64,000 nucleotides of DNA from Tubiluchus corallicola (Eukaryota > Animalia > Priapulida): contig JAQGDQ010000520.1 of NCBI GenBank assembly GCA_030141605.1, forward strand, positions 92,130 to 156,129. The letters run 5' to 3'. Made by a program: the position numbers and the translations under genes. Positions within the stretch are counted from its first letter, which is position 1. Each line of letters opens with the position of its first letter. The notes below the pieces were generated by a model, which saw only the letters and a list, made by a program, of their open reading frames with translations, did not search any database and was not told the origin of the DNA. This document shows, piece by piece, positions 13,501 to 27,310 of the stretch.

Positions 13501-16500
13501 TAGGAAAAAATGAGACACCTGTGCATTATTGGAAACAATGTGCGCGAAACAAATACTAAATTAGAAAGTTTGAAAAACTTTTGCATCTTCACTGGGATTT
13601 GAACCCAAGCTTTCTGCTTTTTTGGCAGCTATGCTAGCTACTATGCCACAGAGGCACAGTGACTTTTCAGACTTAGGAATTTACTCTGTAAGCTACTAAA
13701 GGTTTTTTAATGGGGAGTCACAGTTCATACTGCTTCAAGACACAGTACAAGATCAATCTCATAAATGCACAGAAGCAGTACTAAATTAGAAAGTTTGAAA
13801 TCATTTTTCACCTTTACTGGGACTCGAACTTAGGTCTTTAGCTTTCCGGACAGCTTTCCGGACTTAGCTGTTACACCACATAGGTACACTGACAAAGAGA
13901 TGAAAAGAATTTTAGCTATGCTTAGGTAGCACTAGTTGAATTAAATATGATTTGAATATTTTTGTTTAGAATGAATTGATAATTTGTGATAGTTGGTTTT
14001 CCCCTTAAACTGAAGGCAGTTCTTATGATCTCAAACACAGTATTAATGCTAGAGCATCAAACTGAAGCATGTGTTATAGCTATTGTTATCTACGAATGAT
14101 AAATTGTAGATACAAATAATTTTGCAAAGTTAATTAATATGCAGTTAAACTAGCTATAGTGTAATAAACTTACCAATTATTCAAACATTATGCCTTTGCT
14201 GCTGTTGCTTATTAGGCTCGACTAGAAACTGGGAATTTGATGTCAGCAGAAAAGCACTTGCGTGAAGCATTGAAGATTTTAGGACGCAAACAACCGGACA
14301 CAGTACTTGCTGAGCTGAAACTCAGCACCTTAGAAAGACTGCGTCAGTTATTTCATCGGACTGCTCCAGAAAAATTCATGTCTACTAATAGGTGATTTTC
14401 AGAGAAATTAAATATTTTTTGCATCTGACACAAATAATGTTTATTATTGACTGACTTGTATATTTTGTGTCAGATATTCTTATTATCCAAATAGTCAAAG
14501 AAAGAGGATATGTATTGAAATGATACTTATGGAATGCCATATGGAATGTCACACTCAAGTTCATAACTGCATTACTTTTCACTTTTACAATATCTTCAAG
14601 ATGTGTTTTAGATTATCATTATAAATTTCTGAGAAAATGAGTTTTACTAAATAAAACTTAAATTAGATCTAAAAATAATGGATGTGAGCTTTGGTGTTAA
14701 TTTGTCCATCATAACTAATGTTAAAATTGTATTCATAACTAAAAATGATCCATTTTTTACCTTTTTTATTAAGCCCTGACTTTACGTGTACAAAGCTGTG
14801 CGCTGTTTAACATATTAATAGTACTGATTGAATTGATTGATTGAAAACTTTTATTTCGGAACAAAATTCCTATTACAGCACAAAACCAATCATAACTAAC
14901 AATCAAACATCATACATATAAATCAGTATAGCAATTGTTGGTTAGTAGTATCTACCGTTAATGAATTTTTTACAATATTTACAATTTGGCTTTATTGGGT
15001 TACAGTATATAGGCATTTTACTCCAATGCTTATACAATCTAGATGTAATTAAACAGTGATTGTGAAATACATTACTTATCAATTTATTGTAAGTGTTAAT
15101 AACTCTAATTATTAATGAGAAGATAGATCTTTCAATAATAAAATGAAGATATGGCAAATTTAGTTCAATGCACATTCGTCTAGCCGAGCAATCGTAGGAT
15201 AGATTAAACAAAGTTCTGATACCTTTATTATATGCGACTTTTAAATTCCACAGACTATAGTCATAAAGACAATAAACTATAGTAATATATAAGTTATAGT
15301 TTTTTTTAGGTCAGCTGTGTCAGAATATCTTCTTGAGCAAGCTCGATGCCTTTTGCAGCTGTGGACGACCCTTAATATGCAAGGCAAATATAAACAATGT
15401 TTCCTGATTGCTCTGCAAGCTGTGAATTCTGCTGAAGAAGCTAAGAATAACATCCACGAGGTAAGTTAATGTTTGGCAAGAAGAGTGTAATGGACATGCG
15501 AACACCATGCAGTACTGGAGATGTTTCATGTTGCCAACATTTTTTGAAGCATATAGAGATTCTAGATTTTTTGTGACCACAGCACATCTAAAATCACTAT
15601 TTACTTCTAAAAAAGAACATTTGTGATATCATAGTTTTGAATCTAAAATAAAACACTATTACATGCACTTAATTTGATGATTTCTGATTGGTCAGTCATT
15701 TGGTCAGTTAGTATTATACTAGGAATGGATCGATATTCAGTGTCGTTCAGTATGTAGAAATTAGTAAAAGTCAGTTTTTATCATTTATCAGCAAACTGAA
15801 GTAATATAATGTCTTATCATTCCGTAAAGTTAGTATTGGCACTGTTATATTTGCCCCTTCAAATGAAAATGATTCAGGACATTGAGTGAACAATGAAAAA
15901 TTTTAATATTAATAATTGTTTGCAATAACGACATTTCAATATTTCGGGTCTTGTTTTAGTAGGAATTGGATTCATTGTCTTAAGAAGTTTGCATTATGAA
16001 TTAGGTAATGTGATAAATGTATTCATTTTGCTTTATATTCCACGTGCAAAATTCTTGTAAAACTAACCTTCTAGTTACATACAATCCCTGCTTTTTCGCT
16101 ACAAGAATTCTAACATGACTACAGATATATTTTTTTAATGACCCAAACCAATCGGTAATTTAACAAAAAATGTGACAGATGATCAGTTATGCTTTGTGAA
16201 TTTTATTTCAGATATTATATGGGCTATGGTTTCCCAAATATATAGTCACACTTTCCTGAAAAGGGAAGATCTGTGTAATTTGTTAGCATACGTAGCTGTA
16301 GCATAACTCTTTCTTGAATTTTATATGTACAGAATGTATAAATTACCACAATTACTGTGTTTTTTTAGTACTAATTATCCATATTTACGTATATTTGTTG
16401 CACTTGTATATATCTTCAATAATTTTTTATATATTTAATTTAGTGTATGTCTGTTATTTTTTCACATCTGTGCATGTCTTTATACTAACTTTATACTGTA

Positions 16501-19500
16501 CTGTCTCTTTTATTGCATTGTCTCTGAAAAAATGTACTGCATGTGCAAAATTAATGGTATATATTAGTGATGCATACAGTACTTAATTCACTTCGTTATT
16601 TACTCAAGGTAATCCTAGCTTACACAAATATGATTAGATCATGTAATTCATGTCGCAAGTTCAGTAGTTTGGACATTTATGAGGAACTCGCATTTGAGAA
16701 GTGAGTATCTGTTAAATACATTTTTTATAGTTTTATATTGTATTCACATTATACTTGACAGTTTTATATCTACATTGTACTTTTTATGGTGAATTATTTT
16801 TAATTTTTTAATGTCTTTCAAATTTTTTTATCTTATAAATTTTATTGTTCAGCATGCTAAGATTTTAAATGATGTAGTGCACCATATAAATAAATTTTAC
16901 ATTACATTACACATTATGATAATTTATGGCTACATTTGCAGAAGAAGAGATTATGAACTGAATGAAACTGAGAAAAAGAACATTTTTTGTCTTCTTAACT
17001 TTATTTAAAATTAAACCTTAGCCCCATTTAAAACCCAACACAAATTTTACTTTGAATTCCGTCTGTGTGTAGAACATGTAGTAGTTGGTTTTTGGAAAGT
17101 CTCTTTATTGATAGACATTTTTTTATTAAGAATGATAAGTTCTTTAGTTTAGATTATATCGTGCTTGAACTATAAATTCGTGGTTGCAGTTTTACAACTC
17201 ATTATGTACAGGAACTTTGAAAGTGGAATAAATTTTGTAATATAACATAATATAATATAATTGTAATATTTAACTCTTGTAAATACCATTTGTTAATATT
17301 ATTATAATTATTGCATAGTGTGACGATTATACCCCACGTGCGGTGTTCTAACTGTGTAGTTTTTTGCATTGTATTTGTAATGTATTCTAATGAATTGTAA
17401 ACTGTACTTGCTGAATCATCAATAAATTATTATCTACCATAAGAGCTTGCGGTAAATTTGTTTATGAAACTTTTCGGTTTTATCAGTTTAACAAGATAAG
17501 TGCTAATGAAATCATGCTGCGCTACATTTGTCTCATTTTCTGTTTATTCGTAGGTGCATATATCTTCAGAGTTCATTTCAACAGGGGGAGTTTATTACTG
17601 TTGCTCACTTGTTTAAAGAAGCCATGGAGATTCGGTTAATACACGGTAAACTAGAGGCAGCTATTCGTTCAGGTACATTATTAAAGAAATGGTTCAACAA
17701 AAAAATCCAGTTAATACTTTAAATGAATTTTGTGCAGCAGTTTGATATTAATTTAAATATTGTGGAACATCCATAGTGTGAGTTGCGAAGAACATTGATC
17801 ACTCAGTAATCTGGACAAGAACAATTACAATATGTAGCACATCAGAAAGCAAATTTTAAAATCTACAAATGTACAAATAAATTTAGTGCATTCAAGACCG
17901 GATTTACTTACTTGTGTGCCCTAGGCCAAACTCATCAGTTGGCCTCCAAATTTGGGCCTACGCGAACAGCACAGGGTCCTTATGGTTTTGAATACATTAT
18001 ATAACAAAATACCTGGTGTGCACTTGAAACAAGGTTATGCACTAGCAAGCTGTGTGACAGATTAGTTTCAGTGGGTTCCCAGATACCCTAGTTCAATGGC
18101 CTATGTACTATGCCTATTGGTAAATCCAGTCCTGAATGCATAATATATCATTTATCTAGTCAGACTCTAGTGCATATTATATAACTTTTGATTGAGATTT
18201 AATATGCTTTATCAAAGACCTTGAAATTTTTGGAATATGATATTGTTTTGCTATTTAATTTTTAATGCGAAAGCGTTGACTGCCATCCAGTAGTGGTAGT
18301 AACGCGTCTAACTTAATTGTTGCTATATAGGTAAACGAGCACAAATGCTAACTGAAAAAATGCAAGAAAACGAGATGTTATTCAAGGTTATCCCTCGATT
18401 GGCACAAGCATATTTGTTTATTGGCAGGTACGGATGAAAAATCACAAATAGCCAAATAATATTTATGGGAATTATCTTAAAAGTATTAGATCGGTATTTA
18501 GTATTGTTAAAAGGCCTATGCTATGTAACATTAAATGAAGCATTTTCTTACAGTAATAATTAAAGCAGTCCTGAAGTATATAGACAATTTTCCACATGTA
18601 TTAGTTGCTGATAGAAAAACAAAAAGATTTAGTATAATATCTAATGTTACAAATTTATACAAAAGCATGTCTGAAAAAGCTAACGTTATATCATAATGGA
18701 GGTAATACGAATTTAATTAATTTTGCTTGAAATTGTGGCTGTGTAGATGAAATTTATTGTGTGTTACATTTAGACCACATGAGGGCGTGGACTTACTGAG
18801 GAATCTACAGTTTTTGTCACACTATTTAGACGATGTCAGCGCTCTGAGTTGGTTCTACGCATGTGTATTTGATGCAGGTTTAGAAGCAGGTAATTTTACT
18901 CATGTTTATGGTCACAGAGTTCTTTTACTTCATTTTGCTTTTGCTGATTTAATAATGGTAAACCTATAAATGCATAAAAGCAATACTAAATCAGAAAATC
19001 TGAAAAATTTTGCATGTTTACTGGGACTTAAACCTAAGACCTTTTATGTTCCGGGTAGCTATACCGGGTAATAAAAATCGAGTTTGCTGTTATTGTTTTT
19101 GTCATGAACATTTTTGCTTTTCCAGCCATACTTGAATTAGCTTCTTTGTAAACTAATATCAGCTAGATGTGAATTTATTGAAACTATTGTCTTTGTATTG
19201 CTTGACTCACATGCAGTATTTTTGCTAATCTAAAACCTGACTTCTTCCTATTAACATGAATATGAATTTACTATTAAGGTTTGCGTACCATTATTTAATT
19301 GCTAAAATCAATTTTTTTGTAATAATTTATCGCTGTCTCATACTATATCAGATCAACAATGTTGTTTTGTTCAAATCAGTCTGATTGTTTTCTCTTTAGT
19401 GAACAGTGGTGTGTTTAATTAAAGCAAATGTGTGTAAACTAATAAGTAGGTGTGATAAATTTGTTTTACTCTTCCTTATTTCATTTGCAAATTAAAGCTT

Positions 19501-22500
19501 TAAGTACTAAAAATATAAACAAAATTTGGTTGATAGAGACCCAAACAGTCATTTGTGTGTGTGGGAACTTAGTTTAATATTTCAAACTGTTTAATGTAAA
19601 CTGCACATTGTAAGTGGTGTTCTGTTTTGGTTTTGCTTCGCTACTTCTTAATTCTGTCATACAAATTTTATCATAATAGAAGTTTTACTACACTAACTGG
19701 TTATAACCATAGAGCATATTGAATTTACAATTTTCATTTTAACATTTCTCTTTTCAGGTTTACAGTTAGAGAAGTATGCAAATTGCATTGAGTATGTGAA
19801 GAAAAACATAGTAGATGATTTAAGCACTACACTCGATGGCGTAGTGAAGTTTTATCTCATTGCCAGTGTTGCCCTGTGGTAAGTTTTATTGTATGTAAAA
19901 AATGATCAGGAAAACCACTTATCTAAAGTATTTTGCCTGCAATTTGTTGCTGCATTAACTTGTATTTTGATCATTTGTGTTGTGTTTACAACTGACATAC
20001 TCCCCTGCATAGTCTATTTACATTATTTTATTTAATATATCCGAATTTAGTTATTTCAGAATTCGGAGATGTATATTCTTTTTGTTTTTAGTTCAAATCA
20101 AATAATCGATTTGGATGAAATTTAGACACTTAGTAAAGGTGTTTTATCAATCAGATTTTTAATTATGTAGGCAAAAGTGGATATATTATGTCAGCTCAAC
20201 AGAAGTTAACTATTTATTTTCATATTGTTTTTGTTTACAATACTGTTTACTACATCATTCAGTAACTTGAGAAATCTTATTAAGACTTGGCTTAACATAG
20301 TTAATTTTTGTTAACCTTTTCTTGGAACAATGTTATTTTAGAATCCATCCACTATAGTTGCTATAAATCTGATTTATTTGGCTGCAAGTTTGTTAATTTC
20401 ATAACCAACTAGGCAATGGCACAAATTGGTCGCAAAAGAGATCATAATCACCAGGCAAAAGCCTGAGCAAATGCTAGAAATCTACAAAATTTGTCAAGCA
20501 AATATCCTTATAAGTTATTATATTAACCTACATAACAGAATGAGACACCATGTAAAACTCATTGTTTCTGTAACACAATAGTGCCTGTCTTTTGACAACA
20601 CTGTAAAAAGGATGTAGATGTAGAAAGGAATATAGTTTGGCATCCATTACCTGAAGATAACCATTAGTATGCAGCCAAAATATTGCATTTTGAATAATAA
20701 GCACTTTTGCTTGTAGGATCTTTGGTATCAAAATTTTATTTGTAAAACTGAGATGCTAAATAGTAACACATCTATTACTTTTATTCTTTTGCTTGAAAAA
20801 ATTTTATTGAAAATTTAGTTTTGAGGCACCTTCTGTTTTTTTTATTTTGGTTTTGTTTGATTGTATTCTTCCACAACTAGGTGTTAACTTCAAGTAATGT
20901 TTGGTTACTTGCAAAGTCAATAATTACAGGTACTGCCGAAGAATGCAGCTTGATGATGCTGATGACTGGGTTGCTTTAATGATGGACACGGAGCCAAAAT
21001 ATTTGAGCAAGTTCTTATCTGTACGTGCATTTGTGAAGCTTGTTGAAGTACATTTGCTGAGTCTGTGCTATTCAATTCAGTGTAATGTGAACATCAAAGC
21101 AGCACGGGCAATAGCAAAACAGGTACATATTATTAATTAGGTTTAAAGTTCATAAAGCTCAGTAAGAACTAATATTAAAGAATTGGACTTAAGTTTTCCA
21201 TTGTGTTCTTATGAGTGTATTTTGATGCATGTTCTTATGAGTGCATATTGATGTATGTTCTGACAAGTACATTTTGAAATGTGTTTTTACGAGTGCATCT
21301 TGACGTACGTTCTTATGAGTGCATCTTGACGTATGATCTTATAAGTGCATCTTGATGTCTTATGAGCGCATCTTGACATATATTCTTATGACTGTGTTGA
21401 TGACTAGTAACTGCACTTCTTCTTGTACACGAATTGATTTCATCACATATGTTTATCTTTTCTTTTGAGAATTCATAGCCATATATATTAATTCATCTAC
21501 TCCACTTTATAGGTATTGTAAAGGCATTTATAGAATTGCTTTGTCCGCACATGTAAAGAAATTCGAAAGCGTAAAAGAGCCCAGCGATTGCCCTACTTAA
21601 ATTTTCTACTTTTGGTTACAAACCCAACGTGCTACTAAACTGTGAAAGCTGAATCCTTTCTATTATTGATACAAAAACAAAATGCAGCACAGTTTTATTG
21701 TCTAGTAAGTTTTATGTTAATCACCATCATCATTTTCATCATTATGAAATTTATGACCGTGATTGGGATTATCATTACCAACCACATAACATTATCAACA
21801 TCAGCAATAACAATTTAAATTTACATGCACTTGTTAAATTCCCACTGATTAAAACTAATATTGCAGCTTTTACACAGGTTGAGAACTTTATTGATACTAC
21901 GCTTATGGATACTTTCCTTAGGCACAAAGAAAGCTTGGCAAAGCTGTAAAAAGATTTCCCATTATGGCGCACCGGTACCGACATTTGAAAGCCTACATGC
22001 ACATGCTATCACACAAACAAGATAAAGCACGAAAACTTCTCGAGAGGAGCATAGTCTTGTGCCACAACAGTGACTATGTTTTGGAGGAAAATTGGATGAA
22101 ACATTCTAGAGATATTTGGTTCAATGACAGTTGGAGTGAGGACGAAGATACTATCAACTTTTGGGTAGCACATCATACATTCGACGACGAGGTTTGTACG
22201 TGTCTTTATCGTGTAGGAATGATTCACAGAGGATAACCTGTTGTCAAATGTGTAATAGTCAGATCTTTAAAAATAAAGATGTTTCTAAAAAAATAAAGAT
22301 GCTTCTATTTGTCACCTTTCTCCTCTTTTAGGATATTTTTGCTAGTGGTAATCTGTATTTGAACAGAACAATATATGAAAACAGTTGACTGTGTGGTGAC
22401 TGGGTATTTTTGCAACAAATACAATAGCTATGTCCTAAACGTAATAAGTTTTTTTTAGAAGTAACCACAATAATAATTGTTTTATTTTCCTTGGGTTCTT

Positions 22501-23324
22501 TTCAACCTGCTGCATGTGAAAAAGGGTTCGACATTTTCAGGTATTTTAAAGAAACTTTTGGACATTAGGAGTCCGATATTAACTGGGTCTATAGAAATGC
22601 CATTTTCAGAATAAATGTCAACATCAATGAGGCGATGTGTTCTTCATCACTAAATACATTTATTTGAATCATTTCCTGAATTTGAAAACAATGTTTTGTC
22701 AGCTGCCTCTTGACAATGGTAGAAGATGTTGACAAAATGTTGTGTTCAAATTCTGGAAACAAATACATTTGTGGTGAAGTTGTTGTTTATTCTGAGACTT
22801 GCCATTTGCTATGCTAACAATGTATATTAAAACAGTCTGTAAAACAAACAGTATTGGGCCAGTATTATGGTATACAAACTTAGACAATTGCTAATGTATT
22901 TTTGAAAGTGGTGTTGTCATACCAGTGTTAATCTCATAATCAGAATTTCATTGTACAGGTTATAGACTGGAGAGAAACAATGGATAAAAGTGCAAGTGAC
23001 ATTTTGTATTCACTGCCCTTGCCATATGAAACACCATGCGAACGTAAACTGAAGCAGAAGCTAGAAGATATAAGTAGTAGACCCACTGTTTGTGAAGATC
23101 TGACATTACCCGGTTCGTCGTCTAGTCGTACTGGAATGCTACTTAAACCACCTTCGATCATAGAAAGTCTCGTAGATGTGGATGCGCTGCCTCCGAGTGA
23201 AAACTCGTCAAGGCACATGGAACTGAGAATTCTTTATTCTGCTGAACCACCAACAGAATCAGACTTGCGAGAAGAAGATGAAGATGAGAAAAGCAGTGAT
23301 CGTGAAGACAGACATAGCTTTTGA
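550..23324 (+). CDS. ADCY10: Soluble adenylyl cyclase (adenylate cyclase type 10)-like, 5'-partial: P-loop NTPase (STAND) plus helical/TPR-like C-terminal region, 21 exons, about 1320 aa in window
   Basis: GT-AG exons joining in one frame: 550-620, 2568-2727, 3553-3754, 5506-5589, 6558-6847, 8393-8588, 10091-10193, 10682-11296, 12027-12186, 12909-13092, 13288-13485, 14216-14391, 15310-15460, 16609-16700, 17554-17672, 18331-18427, 18774-18889, 19758-19878, 20930-21122, 21922-22191, 22959-23324 (TGA). Motifs are collinear with mammalian ADCY10 as I recall it: DYPLLGREQE, LLEGTTGQGSS (Walker A position), FYTLQ, ILFTVDDAHFMDSGSW (Walker B), SHGIPGWC, IDRL..HQQMLVKCGSVIG.QF, FKNVVMQEVAYE, CVQCGGRDF, KCEC...QLVKHW. 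No cyclase domain is visible in the window. Confidence 0.88.
1481..1530. repeat. (ATA)n microsatellite
   Basis: Run of taataataa...; gives the poly-Ile pseudo-ORF 1361-1549. Confidence 0.9.
7165..7482. repeat. Degenerate minisatellite, about 80-bp unit x4
   Basis: Repeated gatgctgttgtattcta(c/t)caggtgtaatggttttgttctgattaaaatggacactttt...ctgcattgg units. Confidence 0.8.
7990..8319. mobile_element. Tc1/mariner (Tigger/pogo-like) MITE, 330 bp
   Basis: TA on both sides (7988-89, 8320-21); TIRs CAGTGTTCCCTCGCTACTTCGCG / revcomp CAGTGTTCCCTCACTTATCGCG. Confidence 0.8.
8981..9596. mobile_element. piggyBac-like non-autonomous element, 616 bp
   Basis: TTAA at 8977-80 and 9597-9600; TIRs CCCTTTCACTACG / revcomp CCTTATCACTACG; subterminal hairpin ggtggcacactgccgcct...agacggcagagtgccgcc. 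Confidence 0.75.
13552..13672 (-). mobile_element. tRNA-derived SINE-like copy (family also at about 13778-13893 and 18982-19066)
   Basis: Minus strand reads ...ctctgTGGCATAGTAGCTAGc...ttgGGTTCAAATCCcagtga...aaactttctaatttagtatt (A-box and B-box like); three diverged copies share tactaaat.agaaa.t.tgaaa...ttactgggac.c.gaac. Confidence 0.6.
13778..13893 (-). mobile_element. tRNA-derived SINE-like copy, tandem to 13552-13672
   Basis: gtactaaattagaaagtttgaaa...tttactgggactcgaacttaggtc...; B-box-like GTTCGAGTCC on the minus strand. Confidence 0.55.
14826..15290 (-). mobile_element. Non-LTR retrotransposon (RTEX-like) 3' fragment with (TCAA)n tail
   Basis: Minus strand LKVAYNKGIRTLFNLSYDCSARRMCIELNLPYLHFIIERSIFSLIIRVINTYN...LYKHW resembles the RTEX ORF2 C-terminus; followed by AATAAA and a tcaatcaatcaa tail (+ strand ttgattgattga, about 14825-14844). 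Confidence 0.6.
17893..18134. mobile_element. hAT-like MITE, 242 bp
   Basis: TIRs CAAGACCGGATTTAC / revcomp CAGGACTGGATTTAC; degenerate 8-bp TSD agtgcatt / aatgcata. Confidence 0.6.
18982..19066 (-). mobile_element. Truncated copy of the same SINE-like family
   Basis: aatactaaatcagaaaatctgaaaaattttgcatgtttactgggacttaaacctaagacc aligns with the 13552 copy. Confidence 0.5.
21205..21392. repeat. Minisatellite, about 26-28-bp unit x7
   Basis: Units like gttcttatgagtgcatcttgacgtac, head-to-tail with no unique spacers. Confidence 0.85.
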
Positions 23325-23550
23325 AAGCTTAAAATGAAAAACATATTAAATTGATGCCAAGTAATCTACCTCCTGATCTTTTAAATTTAGCAAAGCACTC
23401 ATGTAGGAATTTTTTTATCTTTTCAAAATTTTATTTTTATACATGTCGAGGAGAAATAAGATAACATTGTTTTTACTAACCATTCTTACTTTGTTTTGTC
23501 ACTTTGGTGATATATGTTGCTCAAGTCTAATTATGAGAAGCAGTTTCAGA

Positions 23551-23647
23551 AATAAAAAAAAAGTTTTTGCCAATAATATCTACTTTTTTCTTTTTTTCTG
23601 TTTGTTGTACTTTGTGTGTACTGCTGGGACTGTCACGAAAAAATAAA
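23551..23647 (+). terminator. Candidate polyadenylation signals of the ADCY10-like gene
   Basis: AATAAA at 23551-56 and 23642-47, 230-320 nt after the stop, with GT-rich sequence near 23700. Confidence 0.35.
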
Positions 23648-24219
23648 ACATCGCCTGTCGGATAATTTTTAATTAGTTCATCTATCTCAGTGCAGAATTG
23701 TTTGTAGTGTGTACAATGGTAAGTGCAGCTGAAAATTAGAGAAAGTTACTAAATATAGCAGCCATGAGGTAGCTGAAGGCTATCTCATTTACTGCATTTT
23801 GAGTCATTTTTTCTGTTCCTATTTCTTCTAGACAAATTTTTCATTTGTTCAAAACTAATTATAATATTTTACAATAGTATAATAATATACATTATAATAG
23901 TATACAATCAATTCACAGCTTTTTATAATGTCTGCTGTTTGCCGGTTTGCATTATGTAAATTTCCAATACTTACAGAGATAGAAATGACTATAAGATAAG
24001 TGCACAGATCAATCTTATTGTCTGCTGACAATACACCCTATGTATTTGTAACAATTAATATATTTAAAAGAGGCTGATAATTGACCAGATCATCTAGGGC
24101 ATTAAATCAGATATACACAGAAACATATAGGTGCGACCATAGTAATCACGCGGGATAAGTAGTATAATTATGATTATGCATATAGCAGAATCTTATTGGA
24201 ATTCAACTGTTTATTTCTT

Positions 24220-25100
24220 TATTAATTGTTTCTCTGCCACGGCAGTGAATAACTCCAAAACGATGGTACCTGGAGTCAACAATCTAGGTGGGTAGACACC
24301 CGAGGTTAGGGGACAGGCAACGATATTGTGACCGGAGACCCCGGGTCAAGGACACTGAACATTGGTAATTTTCGATTATTACTCAACTCCCCCATATCTT
24401 TGACTTGGATTCATTTTTTCACAGGTATTCAAGCCTTGTGGGGTAGATGTACACCTGGGGTTTTAAAAATCTGGGATTTTTTAAGGATCAGAGATAGGAG
24501 CCGAAATGCGAAAATTAGGGCAAACGGCTTTACATGACAAGCAAATTTGTTATTTAGCTCCTCTTACAGTATTGGACCAGTAGTCACTGTTTATCCATGT
24601 CTGGACAAATGGGCAAGAATATATGTACGTTAAGTATTTTTCGAAAAGTGGGCATGGTCAGGTCACATGACATAGGCAAAAGTGCTAAAATGGGGTCTGG
24701 CCAACAACTCTAAGTATAAGAGCTAGAATCACGAAACTTGCAGAGTAAACAGAAAACGGTTTAAGAATGATGAACTCTGGGTCAAAGGTCATGGAGGCAG
24801 AACCCAAAATGTGAAAATTAGGGCGAATGACTTTGTCACTCAATACTACTTACCGTATTGGTCTAGAAATCTATGTAAATTGCACGTATGGGTAGAAAAG
24901 TGGGCGTGTCCAAGTCACGTGGCACAGGCGAAAGTGTTAAAATGGGATTGCAATAAAATGGATTTCCTAGGTAATCAAGCACGGAGAATTCAGCAAAGAT
25001 TTTTCAAAGTCAGCATTTGCAATTTTGGTCATAATGCAGAATCTTAAGTTTATGACTTTGTCATGAATACGGTCTAGTTATTATCAGAAATTCTCTAGAA
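24220..25100. repeat. Interspersed repeat with internal direct repeats (possibly Helentron/HINE-like)
   Basis: Two diverged copies of aaatg.gaaaattagggc.aa.g.cttt and aaaagtgggc.tg...gtcac.tg.ca.aggc.aaagtg.taaaatggg (about 24505-24695 and 24807-24946); the motif ctaga.tcacgaaacttgcag is shared with 34189-34210. Family assignment is a guess. Confidence 0.4.
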
Positions 25101-26394
25101 GATAAGTTATTATCAAGAAGTATTTATCGGTACGATCCAACAGCTGATTGACAGGTGCTGCCCCTCACGGCACGCGGGAAAAACTATGAGCGTAATTCAG
25201 CAATCCACATGTTGTTGCGAGTTTTGGAATGTCGGTACGTGAAAAGTAGCGTGGCATGGAGGTTTGGTGCTTGAACTTGTAAAACCAGTTTCACAGTTTA
25301 ATAGAAGTGTAAAAGATGAATTGTTGGTGTGTCTGGTAGCTGCGTTGGGCTTAAAGGAGGTATGAGTATTTAAATGCAATACGTAAGTTGGTGCAGTTTA
25401 TGTTATCAATGAAGTTTTGTAGGTCTTTTAGTTTTACAATAAGATCATTGTAAGGCAGCATTTCTGCATAATTTAAGTGCTCCCTACTTTATCTAATCCA
25501 ACAATTACAATTCACATTTGTGTAAATTTGCAATGTGTTCGAACTTCGAAGTCGCTAGAATGTTTAAAAGCGTTTCAGTGTCATTCCTATAGCGCTGCAT
25601 TACGTTATACTTTAAAGAACAGAGACCTGATAAAGTAAGTGAATTTAAACGCCTGCGTTGGAATAAATGTCCAAACCAATTAATCTTTATCACAACGTAC
25701 AAATTAGCTAATTTAAACTGTGTTCAACAGTATTTGATCAGAATTTGGATAATCTGTTTTGTAAGGCTATGTAAATGATGTAAAGTGCAGGAAGCTCATA
25801 GAACCATTCAACATAATTTAGTTTCCTGGATATATTAATTTAATTCCTACACCTTGTAGCAATTCAAATAGAATTATCTTGTTAGTTTGCAAAATATTAA
25901 ATTAATTGGAGCTTAAATAAAGACAATATAAGATTTGTGATTTGTGTGCATGTGCCCTTAGGTTATTATCACAACAAATTGAATAATCTAAATATGCTTT
26001 ATAAATATACCATATTTTATCGCTGCGCCCCTATCTTTCTCTCTGCGTCCTTTTGTTAGTTTGAATTAGTTATTTACCCTGAAAGTTTGTGACTGAATCA
26101 CCCTTTGAAGGTCGCTGACTATCTAACCAAAAAATTTGTGTTATATGCTATTCTTAAGTATGCCTTGTATGCTTTTTGGATTTTTTATATTTATTGGATA
26201 CATAAGCATTAAGAATAAGTAAACCTCAAAACATTAAGTTTTAAAATTTAAATGCATGTTGCATATGTATATATTTTTTTTCCTTTGGAAAAACGCAAAT
26301 GAATGTTTAAGATAAATCACTAGGTTAATGAGTGCCTTTTTCATGAGTGTGACATTTAAAGTTTCTAGTATTTTTTAAAACCTGTAGTATTATG

Positions 26395-26770
26395 TATGTA
26401 TGTATGCATATATATATATATATACACATTATAAATTATATTATATACATTATATATGTGCATGTACATTTATGTATATTCATTTATTAAGTAATATATA
26501 CAAAAATGTAATACATGCATATGAATAATAAACGAATGTATTAAATCTTTATATACACAGATATATATATATATATATACACATTATAAATTATATTATA
26601 TACATTATATATGTGCATGCGTACATTTATGTATATTCATTTTATTAAGTAATATTTTGTGGTAAGTAGGGAAATCATTTCTAAGCTTCTAAAAATGTTC
26701 TTGTTGGCAAACTACAAAAATGTAATACATGCAGTATGAATAATAGCCAACGAATGTATTAAATCTTTTG
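26395..26770. repeat. AT-rich local tandem duplication with (TA)n
   Basis: (ta)n cacattataaattatattatatacattatatatgtgcatg...aagtaatat occurs twice, as does acaaaaatgtaatacatgca...aacgaatgtattaaatcttt. Confidence 0.75.
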
Positions 26771-27187
26771 CTTGACACTGACATGTGTGTTGTGTTTGTT
26801 GGAAAAGAAAATTCCGACCTAGTCTTACAAGATTGAACAAAAACGTCCCTGTGGTATGTCATGTTTGTGTTAGGTGTGAAAACTACTTTCAAGGTTTGAA
26901 GTGCTTTGTAAACGCATGCCAATTTCGTTTTGTATGCAGGTAGGTAGTGTGACTAAGGTACTTCTGCATTTAATTTTAAAGACAACCTGATCATATCATA
27001 AGTCATCAGGCCACATCAAACGCAAATCATAAATTGTAAGTCGTGAAAAGAAAAAGCTATGAGAAGTTCTAAGAAGACTTTTTGGACTGGTCTTCCATAA
27101 AAAGGAATTTTACATTCAACAAATAGTTACAACAACAAATTGCTAACCAGCTGCTAAAACTAATCAGTTACAAGTGCCCCACTATCT

Positions 27188-27193
<6 letters not shown>

Positions 27194-27278
<85 letters not shown>

Positions 27279-27310
27279 TCTACCTCCCTCCCTCCCTCTC
27301 CCTCTCTCGC
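27194..27310. repeat. (CT)n microsatellite / polypyrimidine tract
   Basis: About 80 nt of pure ctct plus a degenerate ccct extension. Confidence 0.95.

Noticed and set aside
13552-13672. Functional tRNA gene
   Set aside because: A/B-box-like motifs only; no clean cloverleaf, and diverged copies share non-tRNA flanks, which fits a SINE.
21205-21392. CRISPR-like array
   Set aside because: Degenerate head-to-tail units without unique spacers, in a eukaryotic intron with no cas genes.
22940-23218. Antisense ORFs over coding exons (also 8351-8557, 13276-13518, 55205-55540 and others)
   Set aside because: Shadows of real + strand exons with no independent evidence.
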